In this document: one piece after another, positions 37,801 to 48,075 of the stretch
Layout: the number at the start of each line of letters is the position of its first letter
How positions within the stretch are numbered: position 1 is the first letter of the stretch
The notes under the pieces: generated by a model
Told to the model about the DNA's origin: nothing
The model's database searches: none
Seen by the model: the letters and a program-made list of their open reading frames with translations, nothing else
Program-made: the position numbers and the translations under genes
Source of the DNA: Muribaculaceae bacterium
Lineage (GTDB): Bacteria > Bacteroidota > Bacteroidia > Bacteroidales > Muribaculaceae
Assembly (NCBI GenBank): GCA_017520235.1
Contig: JAFXGB010000015.1
Coordinates: forward strand, 1 to 54,508
Reading direction: 5' to 3'
DNA length: 54,508 nt

Positions 37801-37836
37801 AGACAAAGATAACCGCCGAGCGGTTATCTTTTGTCT
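37801..37836. terminator. bidirectional intrinsic terminator
   Basis: Long stem AGACAAAGATAACCG-CCGAG-CGGTTATCTTTTGTCT with one bulged T, between convergent genes. Confidence 0.75.
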
Positions 37837-37837
37837 A

Positions 37838-38599
37838 TTAGTTGATGCCGCGGGCTTTATAGATGCGGTCTTTGGCTTCGTTGATTTGACGGAATTTTTT
37901 TTCAGCAGCTTTACGTATATCTTCTCCTAACGACGCAACACGGTCAGGATGATGTTTTAGCGCAAGTTTGCGGTAGGCTACTTTGACTTCGTCATCGGTA
38001 GCAGTTGGTGTAATTTCCAGGACTTTATATGCTTCTTCCAATGAATTACCTCCGAGATTTAACATTGAACCAACCTCGGAAGCTGATAATCCCATAGCAA
38101 TTGCTGTTTCTTTTAATGCTTCAATCTCCGCTTGACACACATGGCCATCGCTTTTGGCTATCATTGCGAGGAAATTTAGCAGTTGCAAACGTTCTTCGTG
38201 GCTGAGGTTTATTTTGATTTGTCGGCCGCAATTATAGATTGTAGTTTTAAAAGCAGAAGGATCTTGTGTATCCATTTGCTTGCGTTGTTCAAAAAGATTA
38301 AGCAAAATCCTATTGCCTTCTATTGCTGCTTCTTCTCCAAAATTGGCGCGAAGGAAACGACGAACAAATTCCATCTCGCTGTGCATAACCTTGCCGTCGG
38401 CTTTGATAATGTATGATGCCATTACAAGCATTGAAAATAGAAAGCTGTTACGCTGCCCATATGCGTTATTGCCTGCTGTCTGTTCGTGTGACGTAGTGCT
38501 TTTGTCAAACAAAGAGCCTATAGCATATCCAGCCAAAGCGCCAAGTGGCCCTCCAGCCATAAAACCGACAATTCCTCCGATCCATTTACCTAATCCCAT
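37838..38599 (-). CDS. djlA: DjlA-like membrane co-chaperone (TerB domain plus C-terminal J domain)
   Basis: A Gly-rich N-terminal TM segment, a TerB-like middle region, and a C-terminal J domain (YKVLEITPTATDDEVKVAYRKLALKHHPDR). Confidence 0.78.
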   Translation of the reverse strand: MGLGKWIGGIVGFMAGGPLGALAGYAIGSLFDKSTTSHEQTAGNNAYGQRNSFLFSMLVMASYIIKADGKVMHSEMEFVRRFLRANFGEEAAIEGNRILLNLFEQRKQMDTQDPSAFKTTIYNCGRQIKINLSHEERLQLLNFLAMIAKSDGHVCQAEIEALKETAIAMGLSASEVGSMLNLGGNSLEEAYKVLEITPTATDDEVKVAYRKLALKHHPDRVASLGEDIRKAAEKKFRQINEAKDRIYKARGIN

Positions 38600-38765
38600 A
38601 ATTTCTTATTTTAAATTTGTATGCAAAGATACAAACAATAAATCATGATTGCGATACAAAGGATAAAAGATGTTTTTTTAGTGCGGTTTTTGTTGGAGTC
38701 GACAATTCGCATGGCGCTTTTATTGTTATTTAAGAAGATTGTATGGAATTTTTATATCCTAAAAT

Positions 38766-38796
38766 TTTGATAGTTGAAAATATAATGATAATTTTG
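38766..38796 (+). promoter_or_regulatory. candidate promoter (-33 TTTG / -7 TAATTTTG) for the exbB-exbD-exbD-tonB cluster
   Basis: TTTG at 38766-38769 and TAATTTTG at 38789-38796 with a 19-nt spacer. This is the only good consensus match in the 407-nt intergenic region, and it implies a leader of about 205 nt. Confidence 0.45.
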
Positions 38797-39006
38797 CAAA
38801 GGTGTTTTCTGAAATATAGACACCAAAAGCGTATAACAACAATAAATCAATACCGATAATTCAGTGATCGAAATTGAAAAATGTTTTATTGTAAATGCTC
38901 GCGATTAGGAGAGAAACTCTTCTTGTCGTGGCTTTTAGTGTATAAAAAAGAGATTTATTAACTAACTATTTTAATAACATTAATCACTTAAGTATTTTAT
39001 TTAATT

Positions 39007-39825
39007 ATGGAAGCTCAAAAGCAAGCTAAGCCTGCAAAGGCTCAAAAAGGTTTAAGTAACGTACGTGGTATCAAGAATGCATTCTTGGTAATCGTTGCAT
39101 GTTTTGTAGTAGCAGTATGTTTCTACATGTTCTTCTTGGGAGATGCATCTAACTTTGATGAAGCAGGTCACCCACAAAACATTTGGGGTACTATCTACAT
39201 GGGTGGTGTAATCGTGCCTGTACTTCAAACATTGTTCCTCACAGTAATTGTTCTTTCAGTTGAACGTTGGATCGCTATTTCAAGCGCTAAAGGTAGCGGT
39301 AACATCTCTAAATTTGTTGCTGGTGTAAAAGCTGCTCTTGCTAAAAACGATATCGCTGCTGCTCAAGAACTTTGTAAAAAACAAAAAGGTTCAGTTGCTG
39401 CTGTAGTAGCTGCTGCTCTTAACCGTTACAAAGAAATGGATGAAAACACAGTTCTTTCTAAAGAACAAAAAATCACTACTATCCAAAAAGAACTTGAAGA
39501 AGCTACAGCTCTTGAAATGCCATCATTGCAACAAAACCTTCCTATCGTTGCAACAATGACAACTCTTGGTACTCTTATCGGTCTTCTTGGTACTGTAATC
39601 GGTATGATCAAATCATTCCAAGCTCTTGCTGCATCAGGTGCTCCTGACTCAACTGCACTTTCAACAGGTATCTCTGAAGCGCTTATCAATACTGCATTCG
39701 GTATCGGTACTGGTGCATTGGCCGTTATCTCTTACAACTTCTACACTAACAAAATCGATAACCTTACTTACGCTATCGACGAGATCGGTTTCTCAATCGT
39801 GCAAACATTTGCAGCAACTCACTAA
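39007..39825 (+). CDS. exbB: MotA/TolQ/ExbB proton-channel protein
   Basis: Three TM helices with the conserved C-terminal block LGLLGTVIGMIKSF...ISEALINTAFG. Confidence 0.88.
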   Translation: MEAQKQAKPAKAQKGLSNVRGIKNAFLVIVACFVVAVCFYMFFLGDASNFDEAGHPQNIWGTIYMGGVIVPVLQTLFLTVIVLSVERWIAISSAKGSGNISKFVAGVKAALAKNDIAAAQELCKKQKGSVAAVVAAALNRYKEMDENTVLSKEQKITTIQKELEEATALEMPSLQQNLPIVATMTTLGTLIGLLGTVIGMIKSFQALAASGAPDSTALSTGISEALINTAFGIGTGALAVISYNFYTNKIDNLTYAIDEIGFSIVQTFAATH

Positions 39826-39877
39826 TCCCAATATTTTCCAAAATTAGATTGTATAATCATTTTAAATAAAGGTAAAT

Positions 39878-40642
39878 ATGGGAAAAGTAAAAATTAAAAG
39901 AAAGAGTACGCTCATCGACATGACCGCGATGAGTGACGTGACTGTTCTTTTGCTTACTTTCTTCATGTTGACTTCAACTTTCTTGCAAAAAGAACCCGCA
40001 ACTGTTATTACCCCATCTTCAGTTTCTGAAATCAAGGTGCCAACAGCTAACCTTGTAACAATTTTGGTTTCTGGGGCAGGCGTAAAAGATGGAAAGCGTG
40101 ATACTTCGGTTGAAGGTAAAGTATTCATCTCTATTGCTGGTGATGTTGACTCTACTTATTCAAGCGAAAATGTGCGTGAAGCGGTACTTCTTGAAGCAGT
40201 GAATAACTACAACAAATTGCACAAGAACAATCCTATCAATCTCACTAACTCTCAAGTTCAAAAATTTACCAAACTTAATATGTTTGGGATAAAGCTTTCA
40301 GAGCTTCCTAAATTTTTGGATATGGAGATTGCTCAACAAGATGAATTGATGAAAGATCTTTCAAACCCAATCCTTGGTATCCCTGTTGACGGCAACAGAG
40401 ACTTGGAAAGACCTAATGAATTCCAAATCTGGATGCGCGCTATTTATAACGTTGCCGAAAACAATAAAGACATGGGTAACGATGCGTTTGCTTCAGCTCT
40501 TAGAAAATCAGGTGAAGGTATTGCGGTGAAAGCAGATAAGGATACTCCTTACTCAACAATTCACAATGTACTTGATAACTTGCAGACTCTCAAATTGAAT
40601 AAGTTCTCTTTGATGACTGCTCTTAAAACAGAAGAAGATTAA
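39878..40642 (+). CDS. exbD: ExbD/TolR-family protein (enlarged periplasmic domain)
   Basis: The N-terminus IDMTAMSDVTVLLLTFFML is the ExbD anchor motif. The length is 254 aa. Confidence 0.8.
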   Translation: MGKVKIKRKSTLIDMTAMSDVTVLLLTFFMLTSTFLQKEPATVITPSSVSEIKVPTANLVTILVSGAGVKDGKRDTSVEGKVFISIAGDVDSTYSSENVREAVLLEAVNNYNKLHKNNPINLTNSQVQKFTKLNMFGIKLSELPKFLDMEIAQQDELMKDLSNPILGIPVDGNRDLERPNEFQIWMRAIYNVAENNKDMGNDAFASALRKSGEGIAVKADKDTPYSTIHNVLDNLQTLKLNKFSLMTALKTEED

Positions 40643-40644
40643 TC

Positions 40645-41385
40645 ATGGCACAAATAGAACAATCCGACAAGGGTGGCAAAAAGAAAAAAGGCGCCCAAAA
40701 GAAGATGCAGATCCACGTGGACTTTACTCCGATGGTGGATATGAACATGCTTTTGATTACATTCTTCATGCTTTGTACAACCATGATTAAGTCTCAAACT
40801 TTGCAAATTGCTCTTCCTTCAAATGAAAAAGTTGAGCAAGAACAGCAAAATAAGACTAAACAATCAGAAGCAATCACTTTGATCCTTGATACTGAACGTG
40901 ATGCAGACGGTAATGTTAAGATTGACGCTGAAACAGGTAAACCAAAACATACTGTTTACTATTACGAAGGTAAGCCCGTAGTTGATGATGAAAACAAAGA
41001 CGGTATTATTGATAACCCCAATATTAAAGTCGAAAAATTCATCGGAAACTCTAATGGTGAAGTATTTGGTATTCGTAAGATCCTTCACAATCGCAATAAG
41101 CAAGTTCTTGAAAAAATCAACGTTCAAAAAGAAAAGTGGAGAAATAAAGAACTTACTGATGAACAATATCAAGCAATGGCGAAGGAAATTCGTAACGATT
41201 CTACTTTGACTCGCCCTGTAGTGATTATCAAAGCAGGTCCTAAAGCTTCTTATGAAAGCCTTATCGGTGCACTTGATGAAATGCAGATTAACCAAATTTC
41301 TCGTTATCAAATTGATAACATCAATGGTGTAGACTCTGCCCTCATCATCTCTTATAAGAAACTCAACAATATTCCTGTTGAATAA
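40645..41385 (+). CDS. exbD: ExbD/TolR-family protein (second paralog)
   Basis: The anchor motif VDFTPMVDMNMLLITFFML, and VVIKAGPKASYESLIGALDEM near the C-terminus. Confidence 0.8.
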   Translation: MAQIEQSDKGGKKKKGAQKKMQIHVDFTPMVDMNMLLITFFMLCTTMIKSQTLQIALPSNEKVEQEQQNKTKQSEAITLILDTERDADGNVKIDAETGKPKHTVYYYEGKPVVDDENKDGIIDNPNIKVEKFIGNSNGEVFGIRKILHNRNKQVLEKINVQKEKWRNKELTDEQYQAMAKEIRNDSTLTRPVVIIKAGPKASYESLIGALDEMQINQISRYQIDNINGVDSALIISYKKLNNIPVE

Positions 41386-41429
41386 TGTGATGATTGACTA
41401 TATTATTAACTGTTAAAACTGAAAAGATT

Positions 41430-42275
41430 ATGGCAAAAGATGTAGATCTTTCATCAAAAGAATGGCGCGACCTGATTTTTGAAGGTAAAAATAAAGAATT
41501 CGGTGCTTATGAAATGCGTAAGAATTCTGATGCTCGCCACAATAAGGCAATGATTGTTGTTGTTATTATCATGGCACTCGCTTTCGCTCTTCCTTTCTTG
41601 GTAAACACAATGTTGCCAAAGGCAGAAGCTAATATCGATGAAGAAATTGAACAAGCAATGGTGAATATCGATACTGATGCAGCTGAAGAAGAAGAGCCAG
41701 AAGAAGAGCTCGAGCGCATTGAAGAACAAAAACCAGAAGTGCTTCCTGAAGAAGTCCTCAATACTGTAAAAGTAACAGAGCTTGCTATCGTTGATGACGA
41801 CCAAGTTAAAGCTGAGGATGAAATCAAGACACAAGAAGAACTTCAACAAACAGAAACTGCTTTCGGTCAAACAGACTTTGATAAAGGTACTGACGACTTG
41901 AACGTAGTGCGTGAATATAAAGACGAACTTGTTGTTGAAGAAAAGAAAGAAGAAACAATATTTAATGCAGTTGAGCAAATGCCTCAATTCCCTGGTGGTG
42001 AAGCTGAATTGATGAAATATATTTCAAACAACATTAAATATCCTACTATGGCTATGGAAAATAATATCCAAGGTCGTGTAGTTGTTCAATTCGTTGTAAC
42101 TAAAACAGGTAAGATTGGCGAAGTTAAGGTTGTTCGTTCTAAAGACCCAGACCTTGACAAAGAAGCTGTTCGCGTGGTAAAATCTCTTCCTAACTTCATT
42201 CCTGGTAAAATGAATGGACAGGCTGTAAACGTTTGGTATACATTGCCTATCTCTTTTAAACTACAAGGTATTTAA
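41430..42275 (+). CDS. tonB: energy transducer TonB (acidic linker variant)
   Basis: A TM anchor (MIVVVIIMALAFALPFLV), a Glu-rich linker and a TonB_C domain (QFPGGEAELMKYI...NIQGRVVVQFVVTKTGKIGEVKVVRS...YTLPISFKL). The start is taken at the ATG at 41430 (MAKDVDL). Confidence 0.85.
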   Translation: MAKDVDLSSKEWRDLIFEGKNKEFGAYEMRKNSDARHNKAMIVVVIIMALAFALPFLVNTMLPKAEANIDEEIEQAMVNIDTDAAEEEEPEEELERIEEQKPEVLPEEVLNTVKVTELAIVDDDQVKAEDEIKTQEELQQTETAFGQTDFDKGTDDLNVVREYKDELVVEEKKEETIFNAVEQMPQFPGGEAELMKYISNNIKYPTMAMENNIQGRVVVQFVVTKTGKIGEVKVVRSKDPDLDKEAVRVVKSLPNFIPGKMNGQAVNVWYTLPISFKLQGI

Positions 42276-42301
42276 TAAGGATTTTATTCAATACTTGATA
42301 T

Positions 42302-42340
42302 AGGGGCTGTCTGAAAACATCAGACAGCCCCTTACGTTTC
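42302..42340 (+). terminator. probable terminator after tonB (weak U-tract)
   Basis: A 13-bp stem AGGGGCTGTCTGA-AAACA-TCAGACAGCCCCT. The downstream T-tract is poor (TACGTTTC). Confidence 0.5.
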
Positions 42341-42444
42341 TCTTTATTGTCTTGAAATATTTCGTAGAAATAGAAAACATTACTATATTTGCATTAACTT
42401 TGGTTTGGTGTGTATATGCCACTAAAGAGATTAAATGGTATAAA

Positions 42445-42630
42445 ATGAAAACAGCAGTAATTATTAGATTTGTATGTATTCTTGCATTGTGGCTTTTACT
42501 ATGTTACCTCATGTTGCGAGGACGCGGTTTGAACTTTTATACATTGTTTGTCGTAATAACATCGGGAATAATTATTTTTATCCCTTTGTATAGGAAATAT
42601 ATTAAAGGCAATGATGAAAAAAAATCATAG
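42445..42630 (+). CDS. small two-TM membrane protein (hypothetical)
   Basis: The 61-aa version starts at the ATG at 42445 ([24 protein letters not shown]...). The TTG start used by the track (42352) lies upstream of the -7-like boxes at 42384-42391 and 42395-42402. The ORF's 3' end overlaps the dxs start by 20 nt. Confidence 0.4.
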   Translation: MKTAVIIRFVCILALWLLLCYLMLRGRGLNFYTLFVVITSGIIIFIPLYRKYIKGNDEKKS

Positions 42631-44551
42631 CGAAAATATAAGTGATACAGCTTCGGAATATCCGCTGTTAAGCAAAATTGATTCTCCTGAAGATTTGCGT
42701 AAGCTACAATTAAGCAAATTGCCTGAGGTGTGTAGCGATATACGCAAATTTCTTATAAATTCCCTTTCGTCAAATCCCGGACACTTTGCGTCCAGTATGG
42801 GTGCAGTAGAGTTGACAGTAGCATTGCATTATGTGTTTAATACTCCATATGATCGCATTGTGTGGGATGTTGGTCATCAAGCATATGGACACAAATTGCT
42901 GACAGGACGACGTGAGTTATTTAAAAATAACCGCAAATTAGATGGCTTAAGTGGGTTCCCTAATCCGGATGAAAGCCCCTATGATACTTTCTCGGCAGGA
43001 CATGCTTCAAATTCAATCTCGGCGGGATTAGGGATGTCAGTAGCATCTGAAATGCAAAAAGAAAATCCTCGTCGCAATGTAGTTGCTGTGATAGGTGATG
43101 CATCGATTGGCGGAGGCTTGGCATTTGAGGGTATAAATAATGCTGCTAATACTCCTAACAATCTGCTAATTATTCTCAATGACAATGATATGTCGATTGA
43201 TAATAATGTAGGAGCATTGAATTCTTATTTAGGGAAGATAACTACATCAAAGAGTTATAATGCGATAAGATACAAGATATATAAATTTTTGAAGAGATAT
43301 CATCTTGTGTCAGAACGTAAACGCGGGTTTATCTTGCGATTTAATAACTCATTGAAATCATTGTTATCTCGACAACAGAATATTTTTGAAGGGTTGAATG
43401 TAAGATACTTTGGCCCATTTGATGGACATGATTTAAATCGTGTTATCAGGGTGTTGCGTGACATAAAGGATATGGAAGGTCCACGCATTTTGCACTTAAG
43501 GACAATAAAAGGTAAAGGCTATGAGCCAGCAGAAAAAGACCCGGCAACATGGCATGCTCCTGGTAAATTTGATCCGGAGACTGGGGTGCGTGTTTCCGGT
43601 GATGGTGGAGAGAAAAAGCCCTTGAAATACCAAGATGTTTTTGGAAATACACTCGTAGAGTTGGCCGAACTGAATTCAAAAATTGTGGGTGTAACTGCAG
43701 CCATGCCATCAGGTACATCGATGAGTATTTTGCAAGAAAAATACCCTGAAAGGGTGTTTGATGTGGGTATTTCTGAAGGTCATGCTGTAACCTTTTCCGG
43801 AGGATTGGCAAAAGATGGTATGCGACCCTATTGTGCGATATATTCATCGTTCTTGCAACGTGCCTATGACCATATAATTCATGATGTTGCAATTCAGCGA
43901 TTGCCTGTTACGTTTTGCATTGATAGAGCTGGCATCGTAGGAGAGGACGGCGTTACTCATCATGGAGTGTTTGATTTAAGCTATTTGCGCAGTATACCCA
44001 ATATGATTGTTGCATCTCCCCGGAATGAGGAAGCTATGCGTAATCTGTTATATACAGCCCAATGTGATAACTATGGCCCATTTGCCATTCGTTATCCACG
44101 TGGCGCAGGACGTAACGTGGAATGGCAAACGCCAATGAAGCGTATTGCAATAGGTAAGGGAGAGCGGTTATCGGCAGGTACCGATGTTGCTGTCCTTTCA
44201 ATAGGACCTATTGCTGAGGATGTGAAAAATGCGGTAAAAAAGGCCGTAGCTGAAGGAATTTCCGTAGCACATTATGATATGATGTTTTTGAAACCTCTTG
44301 ATAATGAAATATTGAAAGAGGTAGCTGAATTGAAATGCCCAATAATAACAGTCGAAGATGGTGTAATAAATGGTGGATTAGGCTCTGCCGTAATGGAATG
44401 GCTTAATGATAAAGGGTGCTTGTCAGTAGTAAAACGAATTGGTGTGCCCGATAAATTTGTGGCACAGGGCTCAGTCGCTCAATTATATCATCAATGTGAA
44501 ATGGATGAAGATGCGATATATAATGCTATTGTAGCAGTAAAACGTCAATGA
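42611..44551 (+). CDS. dxs: 1-deoxy-D-xylulose-5-phosphate synthase
   Basis: Motifs [44 protein letters not shown] and [15 protein letters not shown] (TPP-binding GDG-type), plus the C-terminal transketolase domains. Confidence 0.93.
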   Translation: MMKKNHSENISDTASEYPLLSKIDSPEDLRKLQLSKLPEVCSDIRKFLINSLSSNPGHFASSMGAVELTVALHYVFNTPYDRIVWDVGHQAYGHKLLTGRRELFKNNRKLDGLSGFPNPDESPYDTFSAGHASNSISAGLGMSVASEMQKENPRRNVVAVIGDASIGGGLAFEGINNAANTPNNLLIILNDNDMSIDNNVGALNSYLGKITTSKSYNAIRYKIYKFLKRYHLVSERKRGFILRFNNSLKSLLSRQQNIFEGLNVRYFGPFDGHDLNRVIRVLRDIKDMEGPRILHLRTIKGKGYEPAEKDPATWHAPGKFDPETGVRVSGDGGEKKPLKYQDVFGNTLVELAELNSKIVGVTAAMPSGTSMSILQEKYPERVFDVGISEGHAVTFSGGLAKDGMRPYCAIYSSFLQRAYDHIIHDVAIQRLPVTFCIDRAGIVGEDGVTHHGVFDLSYLRSIPNMIVASPRNEEAMRNLLYTAQCDNYGPFAIRYPRGAGRNVEWQTPMKRIAIGKGERLSAGTDVAVLSIGPIAEDVKNAVKKAVAEGISVAHYDMMFLKPLDNEILKEVAELKCPIITVEDGVINGGLGSAVMEWLNDKGCLSVVKRIGVPDKFVAQGSVAQLYHQCEMDEDAIYNAIVAVKRQ

Positions 44552-44552
44552 G

Positions 44553-45887
44553 ATGAAAATTGTAATTGTAGGAGCAGGAGAAGTGGGTTCTCACTTGGCA
44601 AAATTGTTATCTCGCGAGGAACAGGATATTATTCTTGTAGATAAAGATGCTGACAAATTGGCTGCAATTGATGCAAACTATAACCTCATGACTTTAAGAG
44701 GTAGTCCTACATCGTTTACAGCTCTTCGTGATGCCGGTGTGGAGAATTGTGATTTGTTTATTGCGGTAACTCCTTATGAAACATCGAATGTTACTGCATG
44801 TGCGATGGCAAAGAAATTTGGAGCAAAAAAGACTGTAGCCCGCATTGATAATTATGAATTCATGGTCGAACAAAATAGAGATTTCTTTACAAGTCTCGGT
44901 GTTGACTATCTTATCTATCCCGAATATCTTGCTGCTCAAGAAATAATGACAGCATTGGAGCGTACATGGGTTAGACACTGGTTTGAATTACACAATGGCG
45001 AAATTATATTGGTAGGTGTTAAGTTGCGAGACAATGCTCGCCTCATTGGTATGCAGTTGAAAGACCTATCTTATACGCAACAAACATTTCACGTTTCTGC
45101 AATTAAACGTAATCACGAAACTATTATCCCTCGTGGTGATGACCGCATTAGGGTTAACGATATCCTTTATTTCACTGTAACAAAAGATCATGTAGATGAT
45201 TTATTGGAAATTTGTGGAAAAACCCAATATGAGATAAAAAAAGTGCTCATAATGGGAGGTAGTCGCATTGCTGAGCGTCTTGCTGCATTGGCTGAGGATA
45301 AATATAAAATAAAAATCATTGATAATAACCTTGAAGTATGCAAGAGCCTTCCGGAGCGTTGCCCTGATAGTGAAATTGTCTATGGTGATGCTCGCGATAT
45401 AGATGTGCTACGAGAAGAAGGAATAGAAGATATAGATGCATTTGTCGCATTATCAGAAAGTTCTGAGGCTAATATTTTGGCATGTCTCACTGCTAAAGAA
45501 TTTGGCGTTAACAAAACTATTGCTGAAGTAGAGAATATTCAATTTATATCGGAGGCTGAAGGATTAAATATTGGAACAATTATCAATAAGAAGTTGCTTG
45601 CCTCAAGTAAGATATTCCAAATACTACTTGATGCTGATATAAATTCCTCAAAGTGTTTGGCGCTTGCCGATGCTGAGGTGGCTGAAATGGTTGTAAAGCC
45701 TCATTCAAAGATTACAAAAGGCGCAGTTAAGGATTTGAATTTGTCAAGAGATATGACAATTGCTGGTCTTGTGCGAGATGGTAAAGGAATGCTTGTTAGA
45801 GGTAATACTGTGATACAAGCCGGAGACCATGTCGTAGTGTTCTGTCTTGCCGGTGCTATTCACAAAGTAGAGAAATTATTTAATTAA
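44553..45887 (+). CDS. trkA: Trk system potassium uptake protein TrkA (two RCK/NAD-binding repeats)
   Basis: MKIVIVGAGEVGSHLA and a second Rossmann repeat (VLIMGGSRIAERLA). It starts 1 nt after the dxs stop. Confidence 0.9.
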   Translation: MKIVIVGAGEVGSHLAKLLSREEQDIILVDKDADKLAAIDANYNLMTLRGSPTSFTALRDAGVENCDLFIAVTPYETSNVTACAMAKKFGAKKTVARIDNYEFMVEQNRDFFTSLGVDYLIYPEYLAAQEIMTALERTWVRHWFELHNGEIILVGVKLRDNARLIGMQLKDLSYTQQTFHVSAIKRNHETIIPRGDDRIRVNDILYFTVTKDHVDDLLEICGKTQYEIKKVLIMGGSRIAERLAALAEDKYKIKIIDNNLEVCKSLPERCPDSEIVYGDARDIDVLREEGIEDIDAFVALSESSEANILACLTAKEFGVNKTIAEVENIQFISEAEGLNIGTIINKKLLASSKIFQILLDADINSSKCLALADAEVAEMVVKPHSKITKGAVKDLNLSRDMTIAGLVRDGKGMLVRGNTVIQAGDHVVVFCLAGAIHKVEKLFN

Positions 45888-45902
45888 CGAATAGAATGTT
45901 GT

Positions 45903-47375
45903 ATGTTTAGGGTGCATTCAAGAGTAAATTTCCCGATGTTGCTTCGTGTAACTGGGTGGCTGATGATGATTGAGGCTGCTTTTATGGTGTTCCCTCTCAT
46001 TGCGACTATAATATATCAAGAAGTTGACTTTTATGCGTTCTTGGTCTCTACAATAATAACAGGAGTTGTAGGAGCATCGATGACGGCATTTATAGAGCCA
46101 TCTCGCATGGAGATGGCAAAGCGTGAGGGCTTTCTGTTGACGGCTATGATATGGGTAGTGTTTTCTGTATTTGGAATGTTGCCATTCATTTTATCAGAAA
46201 CCCCTTTTACAATTAGCGACGCTTTTTTTGAGGCAATGTCGGGTTTTACAACGACAGGTGCAACAATTTTAAATTCAGTAGAGCATCTATCTCATGGATT
46301 ACACTTGTGGCGATGTCTGATGCAGTGGATTGGGGGTATGGGGATAATTCTATTTACTCTTGCAGTAATACCTATGCTCAATCACTCTGGAGGAATGCAG
46401 ATGTTTAATGCTGAAGTAACAGGTATAACTCATGATAAAATACGCCCTCGTGTGAGTCAAACAGCCAAGGGGTTGTGGCTTGTCTATATTCTATTATCAG
46501 TATTGTTGTGTGTGTTATTGTGGGTTGGTCCTATGAATTTCTTTGATAGTGTGTGTCACGCATTAAGTACAATGTCGACAGGTGGATTCTCTACTAAGGA
46601 TGCAAGCGTAGGAGCATGGAATTCTGCATATGTCAAGATTATAATGACAATATTTATGTTCTTGGGTGGAGTCAATTTCGGGTTGCTATTTAAGGCGTGT
46701 ACTGGCTCGCCAAGTGACTTGTTGCATAATGACACATTTAAGATGTATTTAAAGATAATTTCACTTGTTTTTGCTCTTTTTGTAATAACTATAGTGATTA
46801 ATGGTCAAGTATTATCAATATCATCAGTGACAATAGACCCATTATTCCAGATTGTTTCAACTATTACATCAACGGGATATACCGTTACCGATTTTGAAAA
46901 TTGGGGTACATTTGTGTTAGCGATGGTGTTTGTCCTAATGTTTTTTGGCGCATGTGCCGGTTCTACAAGTGGAGGAGCAAAGATAGACCGAATGTTGTAT
47001 TTGCTTAAAAATTTACGCAATGAAATTCATAAATGTATTCACCCTAATGCAATAATGTCGGTGCGCATTAATGGTAAAATAATGCCATCAGAAATAGTTT
47101 CTAAGGTTATTGCTTTCTTGTGCTTATATGTGTTGCTTATTATGACTGGAGGGATTGTATTGACTGCTATTGGAATACCTTTGGTAGATGCATTCTTTTC
47201 TGCATTTTCATGTATAAGTAACACCGGACTTGGTGCAGGAGTGACCGGATATGGCAGTTCTTATGAAATAATTCCGGATGTAGGGAAATGGGTGTTATCA
47301 CTTTTAATGCTTATTGGCCGTTTAGAGCTATTTACCGTTTTGATATTGTTCACCCGTAGTTTTTGGCGTAAATAG
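45903..47375 (+). CDS. trkH: TrkH-family potassium transporter
   Basis: A polytopic protein with repeated selectivity-filter-like segments (SGFTTTGAT, MSTGGFST, TSTGYT, ISNTGLG). Confidence 0.9.
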   Translation: MFRVHSRVNFPMLLRVTGWLMMIEAAFMVFPLIATIIYQEVDFYAFLVSTIITGVVGASMTAFIEPSRMEMAKREGFLLTAMIWVVFSVFGMLPFILSETPFTISDAFFEAMSGFTTTGATILNSVEHLSHGLHLWRCLMQWIGGMGIILFTLAVIPMLNHSGGMQMFNAEVTGITHDKIRPRVSQTAKGLWLVYILLSVLLCVLLWVGPMNFFDSVCHALSTMSTGGFSTKDASVGAWNSAYVKIIMTIFMFLGGVNFGLLFKACTGSPSDLLHNDTFKMYLKIISLVFALFVITIVINGQVLSISSVTIDPLFQIVSTITSTGYTVTDFENWGTFVLAMVFVLMFFGACAGSTSGGAKIDRMLYLLKNLRNEIHKCIHPNAIMSVRINGKIMPSEIVSKVIAFLCLYVLLIMTGGIVLTAIGIPLVDAFFSAFSCISNTGLGAGVTGYGSSYEIIPDVGKWVLSLLMLIGRLELFTVLILFTRSFWRK

Positions 47376-47380
47376 TAATC

Positions 47381-47800
47381 TTAGGGGAGTAAAGATTTAA
47401 ATCCTTCAAGAAATATAAACTCATCACATTCATTTGAGAGGCATTCAATTATTTGGGTTATTGAAAGAGGAGTGATTGTCGCTTGATTATGAGATATCTT
47501 TTCAGCATCAACAAATGAGATTATCACTTTAAAACGGATTAGCTCAGAACGAAATTTGCTACAACAATCGTCGTTTTTTAAAGCGTTTATAATCCCACGA
47601 TATAGATGGCTAAATTCGCGATCAGTAATTGATATGTGGCCATCTTCGCGCATATCTTCTGTGCCTAAGCAGTAGAAGATTTCGTTGTGTGTAATACAAA
47701 TGTCGGCAAAGGCACTCTCGTTATCCGAGATATAAATGTCGATAGTTTTAATGCGTTCGCGAGTTATATCAGATAATTCTATTTTAGATAATGTTGTCAT
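47381..47800 (-). CDS. hypothetical cytoplasmic protein with no recognisable domain
   Basis: A 139-aa ORF with no signal peptide. It is convergent with trkH (5-nt gap) and lies next to tRNA-Met. Confidence 0.5.
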   Translation of the reverse strand: MTTLSKIELSDITRERIKTIDIYISDNESAFADICITHNEIFYCLGTEDMREDGHISITDREFSHLYRGIINALKNDDCCSKFRSELIRFKVIISFVDAEKISHNQATITPLSITQIIECLSNECDEFIFLEGFKSLLP

Positions 47801-47915
47801 AAGATATATAGGGTTTATAATAATAACGTTTAAAATCCAATATAGTTGCGTTGAAGATAGGTATTTTTTTTAATAGATGTTTTTTGCCTGCAGAAAGAAA
47901 ATTTGTTTAAAAATA

Positions 47916-47947
47916 TTTGAGAAAATAGAGAATAAACGCTAACTTTG
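47916..47947 (+). promoter_or_regulatory. promoter of the tRNA-CAT gene (-33 TTTG / -7 TAACTTTG)
   Basis: TTTG at 47916-47919 and TAACTTTG at 47940-47947 with a 20-nt spacer. The tRNA starts 21 nt downstream. Confidence 0.65.
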
Positions 47948-47967
47948 CACTCGCAAAACAAAAGAAT

Positions 47968-48041
47968 GGCGGGATAGCTCAGTTGGTTAGAGCGTCGGAT
48001 TCATAACCCGGAGGTCACGAGTTCAATTCTCGTTCCCGCTA
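47968..48041 (+). tRNA. tRNA with CAT anticodon (Met; an Ile2-lysidine identity cannot be excluded)
   Basis: Folded by hand: acceptor GGCGGGA/TCCCGCT (G1-U72 wobble), D-arm GCTC-AGTTGGTTA-GAGC, anticodon loop TTCATAA, and T-arm ACGAG-TTCAATT-CTCGT. CCA is not fully encoded. Confidence 0.85.
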
Positions 48042-48050
48042 CCCGAAAAA

Positions 48051-48075
48051 GGAAGCTTAAAAGCTTCCTTTTTTT
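48051..48075 (+). terminator. intrinsic terminator after the tRNA
   Basis: GGAAGCTT-AA-AAGCTTCC followed by TTTTTTT. Confidence 0.8.

Noticed and set aside
38881-38961. 26-codon ORF (MFYCKCSRLGEKLF...) in the exbB leader as a possible regulatory leader peptide
   Set aside because: It has no supporting signal such as an adjacent attenuator hairpin or a run of informative codons. It is indistinguishable from a chance ORF in AT-rich sequence.
41454-41987. 177-aa and 106-aa antisense ORFs inside tonB
   Set aside because: They are artefacts of the GAA/GAG-rich acidic linker, which leaves the opposite strand free of stops. Their translations are Phe/Ser-rich low complexity.
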